Shown here: positions 22,921 to 34,689 of the stretch, piece by piece
Layout of the letters: each line of letters begins with the position of its first letter
Position numbering within the stretch: position 1 is the stretch's first letter
DNA from: Prorocentrum cordatum
Taxonomy: Eukaryota
Assembly (NCBI GenBank): GCA_963575745.1
Contig: CAUYUJ010000248.1
Coordinates: 558,001 to 622,000, forward strand
Direction: 5' to 3'
DNA: 64,000 bases
Notes under the pieces: model-generated
The model's input: the letters and a program-made list of their open reading frames with translations, nothing else
Told to the model about the DNA's origin: nothing
Database searches by the model: none
Program-made: the position numbers and the translations under genes

Positions 22921-25168
22921 ACGGGGGCGGCGCCCAGGAGGAAAACCATCTCTGACCCGACCCTGCCGGGGATCGCCCGGGGTACTTTTCGTCCAGGGAC
23001 CCCCAGGGGCCGCCCCGCGCGCGCGAAGTAGAAGTATTATTTAGCAGCTACCAGAGATCTTAGCACGCCTCTGGCCCGTTGGGCCGGCGAATTTGTGTGC
23101 CCTTGGGCCCCTTCAACGAGGCATGCTCCTCGCGGCGGGTGCGCCGCAGTCGGCGGGGGGCCGGGGCTCGCGCCAGCGCCTGCGCTGGGGTCGCCGGTGG
23201 AGCGCGGCGCGTGTGCGGGGTCTGCCGGCGCGGGCGGGGGAGGGCCGCGCCGGCGCGCTGCCACGGGGGGGGGGGGCCGCGCGCGCGGAGGGCCCTCGGG
23301 CGAGGGCCTGCGCGGAAGGGTGCGCTGTGCCGCGCGTGCGGGCGGAGGCGCCGTGCCCGCTGGGGAATCGCACGCGCGTGGGCCTCCCCTCGGAGCGCGG
23401 CTTTCGTGAGGAAGTCGGAGGAAGAAAAGGTACCCCCCTGATTACCGCTACCCTTCGCATGTGTTCCCGTTTTTGGGGCCTCCTGGGGGGCCTTCGTCGC
23501 CACCGCTGGATTCGCCTCGAGATTCTGGTCAGAGCGCGCCCCAGGAGAGGTCAAAGGGAGTAGCGGCATCGGTAATGGAGGATGACGATTAATAAATGAC
23601 CGGTGGTCGTGTTCACGCAGCGGCGCGTGGGATGACGATTAGAAAAAACCGACCGCGGGCTGGAAAACTGTTTTTTGTTTATTGTTCTCCTCCAGTCAGA
23701 AAATTATGCAGAAATAGCAGAAAACTATGTTTTTAATCGTTCCCTCCCATTTTTTATTAGTCGCCATCCCGCATTACCTGTTGGTGCCCCCCAGGGATGA
23801 CATTGGCAGGGGCCTTATAGCGAGTCCATGCCATGCCTCCTGCGGGGGCCGCAGCCTGGAGCTCCGTGTGGGGGGCGCGATCCGCGGGACGTGTCGGTGC
23901 CGAGCTGGGCGGAGGAGGCCATAGCAACGCCCCTGTGAGGGGTATATGCGCGGAGGTCTGCGTGCTGTATGCTCCGAGGCCCGAAAACCATCACTTCACT
24001 AATTTTGGGCCCCAGGGCCCACTGGGGCCCCAGGGGCCCCAGATTAGTGAAGTGATGTTTTTTCCTACGTAAGGACCCCGAAATTCATCACTTCACTAAA
24101 CCGAACCCAGGACGAAAGTCAGGGGCCGAATTGCTGCTGTGATGCAACATCGGTCTCGTATATGCTCCCCACCGAGGGCATAGACGCAGCTCCCTGTGGG
24201 GCACGATCAGTTCGAGGAGCGCACGGGACCGGCACGCTCCGCGTGACGGTCGCGCCGAGGCAGCAGCAACGGCAGGAACGAGAGCGGGGAGCCAGCAGCA
24301 GTATGCGCGCGCAGCACCGACAGAGCAGGAGGCGGGAGCGAGGGACGGTACGCGCGGCGTGGTGGAGTGCAGTCAAGGACGCAGCAGCACTGCTGCTTCG
24401 CAACTGACCGCAGAGACAGCCAGCGTCAAACACATGTTATAATCGCCTCCCCCCACCAGCGCCTCACGGTCAACCCGCACAGCAGGGGTGGGTAATTTTC
24501 CCAAGGGCACCCTTGCATCCCTGCCTCGTCGGTCCATCCTTGCCTGCTCTTGTTGGCCGCGCCCCGCTCGAGAAGCTTCGAAATGGCCCTCCAAGGCCCT
24601 GGCATCCTTTTACCGCGCATCCTTACACTATACGGGCTGACTGTACTCCCACGTCGGGGCAGCGCTCTCAGTGGCCAGGGTGCCGAGGGGAGAGGCGAGA
24701 CGACGCGGGCCCTCTCAGGGGGCGGCGGTGCTTCTTGGGAGCCCTCCAAAAGAATCAGGAGGGGAAAAAACACACAGACACAATTCATCGTCGACTCCCA
24801 GGAAGATATGGGGAACTATGGGAAGTGGTGGGGGAAGACGAAAACCTAGAACACATGGGGACCATCAGGGGAATCCTGTGGGACTTGTGTGTGTGTGTTT
24901 TCATTGCTGTGTCCTTGGGCGCCTCGAGGCGAGAGGGCACGGGCCCTCTCGGAGGGCGGCGGTGCTTCTTGGGATCAGGAGGGAGCACAATTCACAGACA
25001 CAAGTCCTCGTCGACTCCCCAGGCAGAGATGGGAAACCATGGGACTTGGGGGGGGGGGGAAGACGAAAACCCAGAGGATGTGGGAGCATCTGCGGGATCC
25101 TGTGGGGATTTGTGTGCGTAAGTGCATCGGTGTGTGTCCCTGGGCGCCTCGAGGCGAGACGGCGCGAG

Positions 25169-25206
<38 letters not shown>

Positions 25207-25251
25207 GTGCGTGTGTGTGCGTGTGTGTGTGTCTGTGTGTGTGTGTGCGTG

Positions 25252-25297
<46 letters not shown>

Positions 25298-25490
25298 TGC
25301 GTGTGTGTGTGTGTGTGCGTGTGTGCGTGTGTGCGTCCTTTGGGCGCCTCGAGGCGAGGCGGCGCGGGCCCCTCCGGAGGGCTCCGCTCCCCGGGGGAGC
25401 GGAGCCCTGCGGGGGGGCAGCCCGCCGTGGGCCTCGGCGAGGGAGGTCGGCCTCTCGGAGGGCGCGCGGGCCCCGCCGAGCCTGCCAGAG

Positions 25491-26331
25491 TTCGGCGTCG
25501 GGCCTGTCCCCCCTGCAGGGGGAATTTCGACGAACAATATCAAGAGTACCTAAAAAATAATCAAGCATAGCCCCAAAATAGTCTGGGGACTATTTTTTTA
25601 ATACTTCTCGCCTTTTTGGGGCATTCCTTTTTTAATATATATATATATATATATATTAATCGTCGAACATCCCCCTGTAGGGGGACAGGCCCGACCTAAA
25701 GCCAGAGTCCAGTGTCGGGCCTGTCCCTCTGCAGGAGGAAGGCTTCGGAGTCGTCAAGAACATGCCTTCGGGCCTGTTTTTGTCGACCGTGCTCGATTAT
25801 TTTTGTTGGGGCATTGTTTTGGGCTAGTTTTGCGTTGCCTCCCCCAGGCCTCGTTCTGAGGCTGCGCCCCCCTTTTCCTCCCCCATCTCTGTTTAATTCA
25901 AGCTTCGCGCGGCCCGCTTAGCTTCGACCGGAAGAGGTGCGCTCTCGACCCGCGGTTAAAACATTTTTTGGGCTAGTTTTCATTTTCCCTGCCACAGCCG
26001 CCCGACGGAGTCAATCCGGGCCTGTCCCTCTGCAGGAGGAATGTTCCAGAATAGTCCAACAACTAGTCTGGAGAGGATCTGTTTAAATTATGTCATTATT
26101 ATTGGGGTTTTTTGGGGGGCGATTTGTCGTTCGTCCTCCCAAAGCCGCCTGCAGGGGGGCACGCCCGACCTAAATTTAAGTCGGGCCCGTCTCTCGACAG
26201 GAGGAATATCCAAACACAGTCCAGCAAACAGTCTGGGGACTATGTTTTAGTACTCTTGACCATTTGGGGTGTATGTTTTAAGTTTTTTGCTGTCGTCGAG
26301 AATCCCCTGTAGGGGGACACGCCCGACTTAA
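25491..26331. mobile_element. Cluster of four family A MITEs (25491-25699, partial ~25708-25830, 26011-26173, 26176-26331)
   Basis: Repeated GTCGGGCCTGTCCC...GGGACA(C/G)GCCCGAC ends. Further solitary right ends at ~27096-27126, 28094-28124, 36290-36308. Confidence 0.8.
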
Positions 26332-26493
26332 AACCTGAGTCCAGCGCCCCTCTCTTTTTTTTCCGTGCGGAGGGCGCGCAGGCCCTGCGGGCCTGCCGGA
26401 GGGGCGAACCCCGCCCCAGAGGTCGGAGGTCGGGGCGGCCCCGCCCGCGGGTGGAGCGCTCACAAATATATGTATCGCGGGCCCAGACGTTGT

Positions 26494-26686
26494 TCGGGTC
26501 GGGCGAAAGGGGGGGATTGGGAAAGGGGGGGTACGACATTTGCTGCATGCAGCTAGTTCCGGCCTCACCGAGGGGCCCATTCCTCGATACATGGCGCCTC
26601 CGGCGCCGGGAGGCGCCGGGAAAATCAGCTACGTGAGCTGATTCTCAAACCCCCCCTTTGCTATCCCCCCCTTTCGCCCGACCCGA
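26494..26686 (+). mobile_element. MITE family H, 5-bp TSD GTTGT
   Basis: TIR TCGGGTCGGGCGAAAGGGGGG/CCCCCCTTTCGCCCGACCCGA. Near-identical copy at 50888-51084 (TSD ATCAA); diverged copy at ~40865-41280. Confidence 0.9.
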
Positions 26687-28193
26687 GTTGTTCATCTCTG
26701 ATTATCACGTTTGAAACATATTTGGGACATCTGTCCGACATTTTACACACGTGTCTAACTCGATGGTAGGTCTGTTAGGGTGTCCACAGCCGTGGCATCC
26801 GCGGCTCTCGAGCGCCTGTTTTTTCTCCGTGCGGAGGGCGAGCGGCCCGCCGAGCCCGCCGGAGAGGCGAACCTCGCCCCCGCCCCAGAGATCCGAGGTT
26901 GGGCCCGTCCCTCCTGCGGGAGGAGCGGTCATCCTCCCAACAGGGCTGGACCTCAACGGTGGTTTTGGCGACTTCGTGGGCCGTTTTCGTTTCGATGTCG
27001 CTTTGCGGTCAAGGCGGACTCGAGACAGGAGCGCGGGAGAACGAAAGCAACATGAAACGACAAACACCGTTGAGGTTCCGCCCTGCCTCCCAGAGCCGCC
27101 TGTAGGGGGGACACGCCCGACCTCAATGCGGAGGAGGAGGAGGAGGAGGAGGAGGAGGAGGGGGAGGAGGAGGGGGAGGAGGAAGAGGAGGAGGAGGAAG
27201 AGAAAGAGGAAGAGGAGGAGGAGAAGGAGGAGGATCCGTGTTTTCCGTGCGGGGGGCGAGCGGCCTTCCGAGCCTCCCGGAGAGGCGAATGCCCGCCCCC
27301 GCCCCAGAGGTCGGAGGTGGGGCCGGTCCCCCGCCTGCGGGAGGCATGGTCAGAACATATCGCAGGCCGAGGCGTTGTTCATCTCTGGCTCTTTGAAAGC
27401 TCTGTGATTTTTTTTGGGGGGGGGGCAAGATCCTCTCATTTCTAATCCTTCCATCCTGGGCCTCTCCCTGGCCACCAGGGGGCCAGGAACAGTGAGAAAC
27501 GAGCACACTTAGAAATGAGCACGATCGGCACCAACACCAACATCGGCGGCGTGCGTCCACCGAGGGAAGAAGATCCCGATCTCGGCGATGGTGGCAATAG
27601 TCTGGCTTCCAAGGCGGCCGAAATAGTACCGCCACCATTATGATTTTCCAGCCCACTTTAGCCTCAATCACCAGAAAGAATTTCGAGCACCACGAAAGTA
27701 CCGAAACTCGAGGGTTTTCACGAATCGGGCCCTGGGAGACACTCGTCCGACACTGTTTCGACACTCTTTCGACACTTGTCCGGGTGCTCGAAAGTATGTT
27801 TGCGATGTGGGCCTTAAGTACGATGGGAGCAACATAACACCAACACCAACATCGGCGGTGTGCATCCACCTGGGGAAGACGATCCCGATCTCGGCGATGA
27901 TGGTAACAGTCCGGCTTCCAAGGCGGCCGAAATATTACCGCCAGCACGGAAATCTAGGATCGTATTCCCCTTGTGGAGGCAACCCCCTGTGTTGGTGTTG
28001 GTGCCCATTCCCAGGCCTCCAAAAATAGTCTAGAAATACTCTCGGGACGATTTTTATATGCTTTTTGGAGCTATTTTCAATTTTTCTCCCAAAGCCGCCT
28101 GTAGGAGGACACGCCCGACCTGAATCTAGAGTCCTGCTTTTCCGTGCGGGGTCCCTAGAAGCCCCGACCCTTGTCCCAGCGACCCGCCCGAAT

Positions 28194-28332
28194 CTGGGCC
28201 TTCCAGACGGGGTCGGAGCGAATGGTGTCGAAGGGTCCCGCCGATGTTCTCCATCCCGATGTCGCCGACGCATCGCCGATGCGGCGCGATCCTCCGCCCC
28301 CATCTACTCGGGCCCCATCTAGGAGGCCTCTA
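28194..28332. mobile_element. MITE family D (TAGAGGCCTCCCAGATGG-type ends); also ~10886-11026 and 56917-57094
   Basis: Shared GCATCGCCGATGCGGCGCGATCCTCCG core and inverted ends. Confidence 0.7.
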
Positions 28333-29126
28333 CTGAATCGTGTCCCTGTCCCTATGATTGGCATCTCCGTATTCCGGTGCCGGCCTTAGGGGTCCCTCAA
28401 TTTTTGGAGACGCATCCCAGAGGTTGTCATCGCCTTGGGCCTGTCGATCTCAGGGGTTGGTGTTGAGTAGAAGGCCATGCCAAGGAACATCCCACTTGCC
28501 TCCGGGGTGCCCTGGGTGTCCTGGGCCTCGATGGTTCTGCTGTGGAGCGCGTGGCGCTCCTAGAGGCGCTAGCGGTGTGTTAGCCAACGGCGAAGTAGGA
28601 CAACCAATTGCGGGAAGACGTGGTTCGTGGCCAAACCAATTGTAGGAACGCGTGGTTCGCGTTTTCCTTCGACTCGCTGTGCTGTTTTTGTTCGATACGT
28701 TCGCAAATGCGAAATGTGAGTTGCTACGTGTTGTTTTGCGTGAGCTTGGTGCTAAAAAACAAGATTCCCAACTGCACCGTTAACCAAGAACGCTGGCAGC
28801 GCGGCCTTGGCACCAAGAAAACCTTGGGACGTCCTGGGGTCTCAGGGTTGGGCGTCTCGTGGATTTTTTTCTTTTGGTGGAGCTCCTGCTGTGGAGCCCG
28901 AGAAGTGCACCGTTTTCCACCCCACTTGTCGCCCCCCATGAAGCGATGCGCAAGGGCTCGAAGCTCGAGGCGTTCGGGCGGTGTCGTCGGTTTTCAGCGT
29001 CTTCTTCGCACCGGGCGTGTTTGTCGCTGGCTTCCAGGCCCCGGGACCCGCACAGAATATTCCAGCGTCTTTAGGAGGGTTTCTTATGGTCAAGCTCCCG
29101 CTGTCGGACCCGAGAAGTGCACCTCT

Positions 29127-29315
29127 CCCAGACATGCGACGTAATGTTTTTTTCGGGACGGCGTCTTCGGAAGTCCCGACACAGCCCCTTCCCCGAGACC
29201 AGTTTTTCATCCCGAGTCTTTTTTTGACGCTCCCGAGGCCCGGCGAGAGCCCCCCGAGGCCGAAATAGCCAAGAACCTCTCGTCCATATTTTTCTTCGAC
29301 GCGACCATGCCTGGG
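29127..29315. mobile_element. MITE family F (CCCAGACATGCGACG...CATGCCTGGG); also ~29937-30123, 51516-51708, 52317-52470, 61373-61601
   Basis: Shared TTCCCCGAGACCAG...CCCGAGGCCCGGCGAG.GCCCCC.GAGGCCGAA core in both orientations. Confidence 0.8.
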
Positions 29316-30639
29316 CACCGATTACCGACCCCCCCCCACCCCACAGCGACGCCCAGGGGCTCGCGGCTCGAGGCGCTCGGGCTGCTTCGTCGGTCCTCGG
29401 CGGCTCCTTCGCGCCTGGGGCGTGCTTGTCGTTGGCTTCCAGGCCCCGGGGCCCTCACACATCGATCCGGCCTCGGGGCCCCCCGAGCATTGGCCTGCCC
29501 CATCGGGGTTTGCCGCCTCGCAGTCCCCGAGACGTGGGGGTGCAAGCGGGGATGATGTCGAGATGGAGGAGTGGTGAGTGGTGGTGGAGGGCGGGAGTCA
29601 GGACTATGGCACCCAAACGTGCGACGTCCTGACTTTTCCCATGCGGGGTCCCTGGAAGAACCTCGCGTAGTAGCTGGTTCTCCTGGCGCCAGGAGGCGCC
29701 TGGATAACCAGCTCCCATGTGGGCTGCTTCGGTTACCTTCCCCTTTCGATTGCGCGTTACAGTGGTCCTTCGCTGGAGTGATTCTTGGCGCGGGCCCACG
29801 GGGTCCTCTCAGCACTGGCTTGCGCGATCGGGTCTTGGCGCCTCGCGGTCAGAGATGTAATTCGGGGTGTAAGGAGGGATGAAGTCGAGGTCGAGATGAT
29901 GGTGGTGGAGGAGGGCGGAAACCAAGATTCTGAAACCGAAACACGCGACGTCCTGAAAAACCAGTACGGGGTCGCCGGAAGTCCCGACCCTTATCCCCGG
30001 GACCAGTCTTTCATCCCGAGTCGTTCTGTGGCGGTCCCGAGGCCCAGCGAGAGCCCCCCGAGGCCAAAAATTGCCCCAACCCCCCCGTCCTGATTTTTTG
30101 TTTGCGACGCGAGCGTGTCTGGGTAGAGGAAGGGCGGGGCGAAAGCAATGGAGGAAGATGGACGCGGGCAGCGTTGTGAAGATGGCGGGGGAGGTGGCGG
30201 CGGTGCTGGGCGGGGGCCCGGCCATTAGGCGGGAGCTGTCTTCCGAGGAAGCCAGCGTGGGCTCTGCTGCGCCGTGCTGCTCTTCATGGGCCGCGGCATG
30301 TCCAACGTGCTCTCGAGCACCAGATGAGAGGTCAGATTCGAGAGCGAGGGCCTACACTTAAGTCGGGCCTGTGCCTCTACACGAGGAGTGTTCAAAATTG
30401 TAAAAAGCATGGTGTGGGCACGATTTTTGAGTACCCGTAAGGGCTTCGCCCCCTGCCGCCGGCACCCTCTTTCGGATAATTGGCTATGCAAGAGCTAAGT
30501 CATGAGGCCTCGGCGCCGCTGTGAAACAGCATCGGCAAGAGAAATTTGAATTTTGATGAGATTGTTGAACTTAGCGTTGCATTTTGAACCTGCCTCCGTA
30601 TGATGTAAACTGAGGTTTCCCGCAGAATTTCAGACATGT

Positions 30640-30865
30640 AGCAAATTCCATTGGTTTTTCGACTTGGACCCCGCTGATCTGCGTGAGGGGTGCCTTCTGA
30701 TTTTAGAAATGTGGCAAACCCCATTGTTATTTCGACCCTGGCCCCGCCGATCTGCGTGAGGGGTGCCGCCGAATTTTAGAACTGTGGCAAATCCCATTAT
30801 TTGTTCGACCCTGGCCCCGCCGATCTGCGTGAGGGGTGCCGCCGAATTTGAGAAATTTGGCAAAT
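30640..30865 (+). repeat. ~72-bp tandem repeat, 3 copies
   Basis: CGACCCTGGCCCCGCCGATCTGCGTGAGGGGTGCC at ~30660, 30734, 30806. Confidence 0.85.
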
Positions 30866-30879
30866 ATTGTTCCAAGTAT

Positions 30880-31675
30880 TAAGGTTTATGGTTTCCTGGT
30901 TGAGAGTATAATGTAATGTACGAGGGTTTATGGTTTCGGGGACGCGAACATAGCGCAATTTTCATATAAATTGAAAAGGGCTGATGGCTTTGGAGACGCG
31001 AATCAAATTTCATCTACGTGGGCTTATGGCTTCGGATAAGCGATTGGCGCGTAATGTACGAAGGTTCATTGTTTCGGGGTTGCAGATATAATGTGACTTG
31101 CGCAGGTTTATGGCTTCGGGGACACGCATACCATGTACATGGTTTATGGCTTCGGACACGCGATTAGTTTGTAATGTACGGTGGTCTTATGGCTTCGGGG
31201 TCGCAAGTATTGCGTCATTTACGCGCAGGCGTATGGTTTCGGAGACGCGAGTACTGTGTAATGTTAAAAGGGTTTATGGCTTCGGGTACGCGAATATAGA
31301 GTATGTTGCGAGATGTGTCTGGTTTCGGGGACGCGAACATTAAGTACTTGCCAATGGTTTATTGCATCGGGGGCGCAACTATTGTGCAAGTTACATGGTT
31401 TATGGCTTCGGAGACGCGAGCATGGTGTATGTTGCAAGGGTTCTGGCTTCGGGGACGCAAGTCTTGCGTAATGTACTAGCGTTTGTGGCTTCGGGGACGC
31501 AAGGCTTGTGTAATTAACAATGGTTGATTGCTTCTGGGACACGATCTATGGTGTAGTCTGCTAGGTTTTTATGTCTTCGGGGTTGCAACAATTGCATAAT
31601 TCGCGAAGGTTTATGGCCTCGGTAACCCGACTATTGCGTAATTTACCAAGGTGCATGGCTTCGGGGGCGCGCATT
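30880..31675 (+). repeat. ~42-bp-period degenerate minisatellite, ~19 units
   Basis: Conserved GGTTTATGGCTTCGGGGACGCGA core with variable AT-rich linkers. Confidence 0.85.
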
Positions 31676-32672
31676 TCATTGATTGTTACGTGTCCCACGC
31701 CCCCCCCCCTCAGAAATTCTGATACCCTCCCGGGAGGTGCTAACCAGGGTGCGTCTCGTCTTCCTCCCTTCGCGCGGTCTACAACAAGGAACAGCAAACA
31801 ACAAGAAACAAAACTTCAACAGTGGAAACTGGAAGCTGGAACTGGTGCAGGGAGCAGCAACACCTCACCCTACAGCTTGGTGGCCGCACAAGGGGGCCAG
31901 CGGATGTTTGGTGATCCGGCGGTATGTGTTTAAATTTGTGTTATTGTTCATCCAAGATACGCCTGTAAGAGGACATGCCCGACATAAGCCTACAATCGTC
32001 TCCCGATGCCTCCAGGAGCCGTGGCCCCGAGAAGGCCGCGCGTGTTCCCCACCCCGCGGGGAGAGAGGTTTCGCAGAGGGGCAGGCGCGAAGGGGAAGTG
32101 CCCCCCGCTGCAGATTGATCGCGTGCTGCCGAAGGAGCACCCCAAGTGAGAGCGGAACTTGCCATATATACTTCCATGGTCGGCGCCGTGCGCTGTACGG
32201 CTGTCGCGGTCCAGGCGCAGCGGGAAGTACCCCCGATTGCAACTGCCGACTGACATCGTTTGTGTCCCTCAGAAGTTCTGGGCCCCCGGACTACAGGTAC
32301 CCCCCCCCCCCCACGGACTACAGGTACCCCCCCTCGGACTGCAGGTACCCGTCCCCCGGACTACAAGTACCCTCTCCAGACTACAGGCACCCCCAGATCT
32401 GTTGAGGGACACGGAGTACTCACGTGTTGTCGAAGGAGCGCCCCTGAGGAGGGCTGAGCTTGCCATCCTTCCATGGTCGGCGCCGTACGTTGCGCGGCTG
32501 TCCCAGCCCGTCGGCCCGCGCGCTGCCGTCGGGCGGCCGGGCGGCGTGCGCAGGGCGCGCGCAGCCGCGGCTCGCGGCTGGACTTCGAGCCTTCGGACTC
32601 ACGGTGTCCTCTCGGGCCCGCGGGGTCCGGATTGCCGAGCCCTGGTGTCGCGCCTCTTTCCACTTTTCCTTA

Positions 32673-32844
32673 CAGTCAACGCGCCTAGTAAGGACGCGCG
32701 CCTTCATCTAGGGTGCCCTTGTGTCCTTGCCTCTGAGGCCCGTCCTTGCCATTATCACTGGTCGCCCGCCGCCCTAGAAAACCCAACTTCGGCCTCCAAG
32801 GGTCTTGCGTCCTTATCACTCGTCCTTAATACACGTTTTGACTG
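32673..32844. mobile_element. Tc1/mariner-like MITE, TA TSD (second copy 61833-62005)
   Basis: TA|CAGTCAA...TTGACTG|TA; the two copies are colinear. Confidence 0.85.
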
Positions 32845-34467
32845 TATCTCTCGCCTCTTCGCCCTCCCCCCCCGGGCGCCCAGGCCACGCTCGGCGCCGT
32901 GCCTCCGACGCGGTGAACACAGTCGCGGTTTGATCGAAATTATTGACGCTTCGCGCATCCCCAGCCCCGGCATCCTGGCCTGCGATTCCTGCATTTCCCT
33001 ACCAACCTGATTCAGCTTGGTCTGGCAATTTGATGCATGTCGGTGATGGTGGACCGCTTCCGACCTCCTGGCCCTGGCGCCCCCAGCTTTCCGCAGCGCA
33101 GCTCGGCGGCTTAGGCAGCTTAGGTTTGACCCCGCGCTCTAGTTTGCTGCTCGCTGTCAATTAGTAAGGGCCGCGCCCCGGACTTCCGACCCGCCGCCTG
33201 CGCCTTCGCTTGCGGCCGCGACCCCAAAAATGTATCCCCAACCCGTCCAGAAACGGTGCCCGTGAGAGTTGATGGGGGAAGAGGAAGAGACAGGCATAGT
33301 CAATCAGCGGGGGAGGCTTGGGAAGCCGTGGCCATCTCGAGCCCTCGTGGTGCGTTTTTGGGGCCGCTTGGAACATTTTGGGGGCGTGGGCCAGCTTGGG
33401 CTATCTGAGCCATCTTGGACGTTAGTTTGGGCTCTCTGAAGCCGTTCGGGGGCCTCTTGGGGGCCTCCTGGGTGCCTCTTGGAGGCCTCTCGGGGCTTTT
33501 TGGGACGGTCTTCGGGCCCTCTTGGGGGCCTCTTGGGCTCCATGGAGGGCCTCTGGGTGCCATTAAATGCGGTCGGTCAAAATGGGGGTGTACTCGATCT
33601 GCGCCTCCCCCTCGGGGGCGACGATCCTCGTAAGGGATGGCAAACAATGGCCTTCCCAATGGCCGGACAAACGACCTCCGACACCTTGCGATCCCTCCAA
33701 AAAACCTCAGGGAGGGGAGGGGGAGGGTTCCCTTCCCCGAAGGGAAGAGGGTTGTGGAAGAGGAAAGAGACACTCCTTAGACTACCTGTCGCCCAAAGGG
33801 CTGGTGGAGTTTTCGTGTGTTTCCTCTTCCACCTCCTCTCCTCTCTCCCCGCCTATTCGCCCTGTTGCCTTGCCCTTGCGGGTTTCGCATTGGTTTCGGG
33901 TGGTGGGTGGCGGATAAGCCGAAGGAGGGGAGGCGCCGGTGGATTTGGTGATTGGTGGGGTTGGTGGAAGAGGCGGTGTTTGAAGAATTCCATTCCTTCC
34001 CTCTCCCCGTCGGCCTGTCACGGCCGCGAGCGCAGGCGTGGGAGATGGAGGAGCGGGAGCAGGAGGAGGAGGAGGAGGAGGAGGAGGAGGAGGAGGAGGA
34101 GGAGGAGGAGGACGGTGCATTTCCACCTGTTTTCCCCTGGCGATAACGTGTGTGACCAGAGGGGAGGGGGAGGGGGTGGGTCACGTCACGATTCGCGCCG
34201 GCGCCGTCTGCGAATGCTTAAGTAAAAATGGTGAATTCCCAGGCGGCGCCGGCGCGAATCGTGACGTGACCAGGGTCGGGAAGGGTGGGAGGGGGGGGGC
34301 GGTTCGATTAAAGCATGGGAAAGAGCACGCGTGTGGCGCAGTCTTCATGAACAGGGGGAGCCCCAGCTGCAAAAGCTACCTCCCATGCTGTGGGCATTTT
34401 TTCTGCTGGGGGGGGCCCACCTAAGGCTTCAAAGCTGCCCCGCCTTCCCGCCCTCTCAGGAGCCCAA

Positions 34468-34656
34468 GGTTACTCCAGATTTCGTAACAAAGGGAGGGGG
34501 GTCTCATTTCGGGGGGGGTCTCTTCTAGGCTATCTTGGAGGGCCTGGGGGGGTCTGGGGACGATGTTTTGGAGGGTCCTCCCACGGGGGGGGGTCCAAAA
34601 CTCTTCGTCTGGGAGAGTTGAGACCCCCTCCCTTTTATTTCGAAATCTGGAGTACC
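34468..34656. mobile_element. MITE family G (second copy ~36695-36880)
   Basis: TIR TACTCCAGATTTCGTAACAAAGGGAGGGGG / CCCCCTCCTTTTATTTCGAAATCTGGAGTA. Confidence 0.85.
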
Positions 34657-34689
34657 CCCCCCCCCCATCCTTGTCGCAGTTGAGATCGG

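Larger units (their letters stand above)
30358..31987. mobile_element. Family A MITE expanded to 1.63 kb by internal insertions
   Basis: Family A ends at 30358 and 31987; TSD GCCTACAC/GCCTACAA. Confidence 0.8.

Noticed and set aside
29540..30350. Minus-strand His-rich peptides (ALHHH...LD.IP..TP twice)
   Set aside because: Short, interrupted by MITEs, and no consistent frame or recognisable family.
30880..31675. CRISPR array
   Set aside because: The repeats are degenerate, the linkers are related to each other, there are no cas genes, and the context is eukaryotic.
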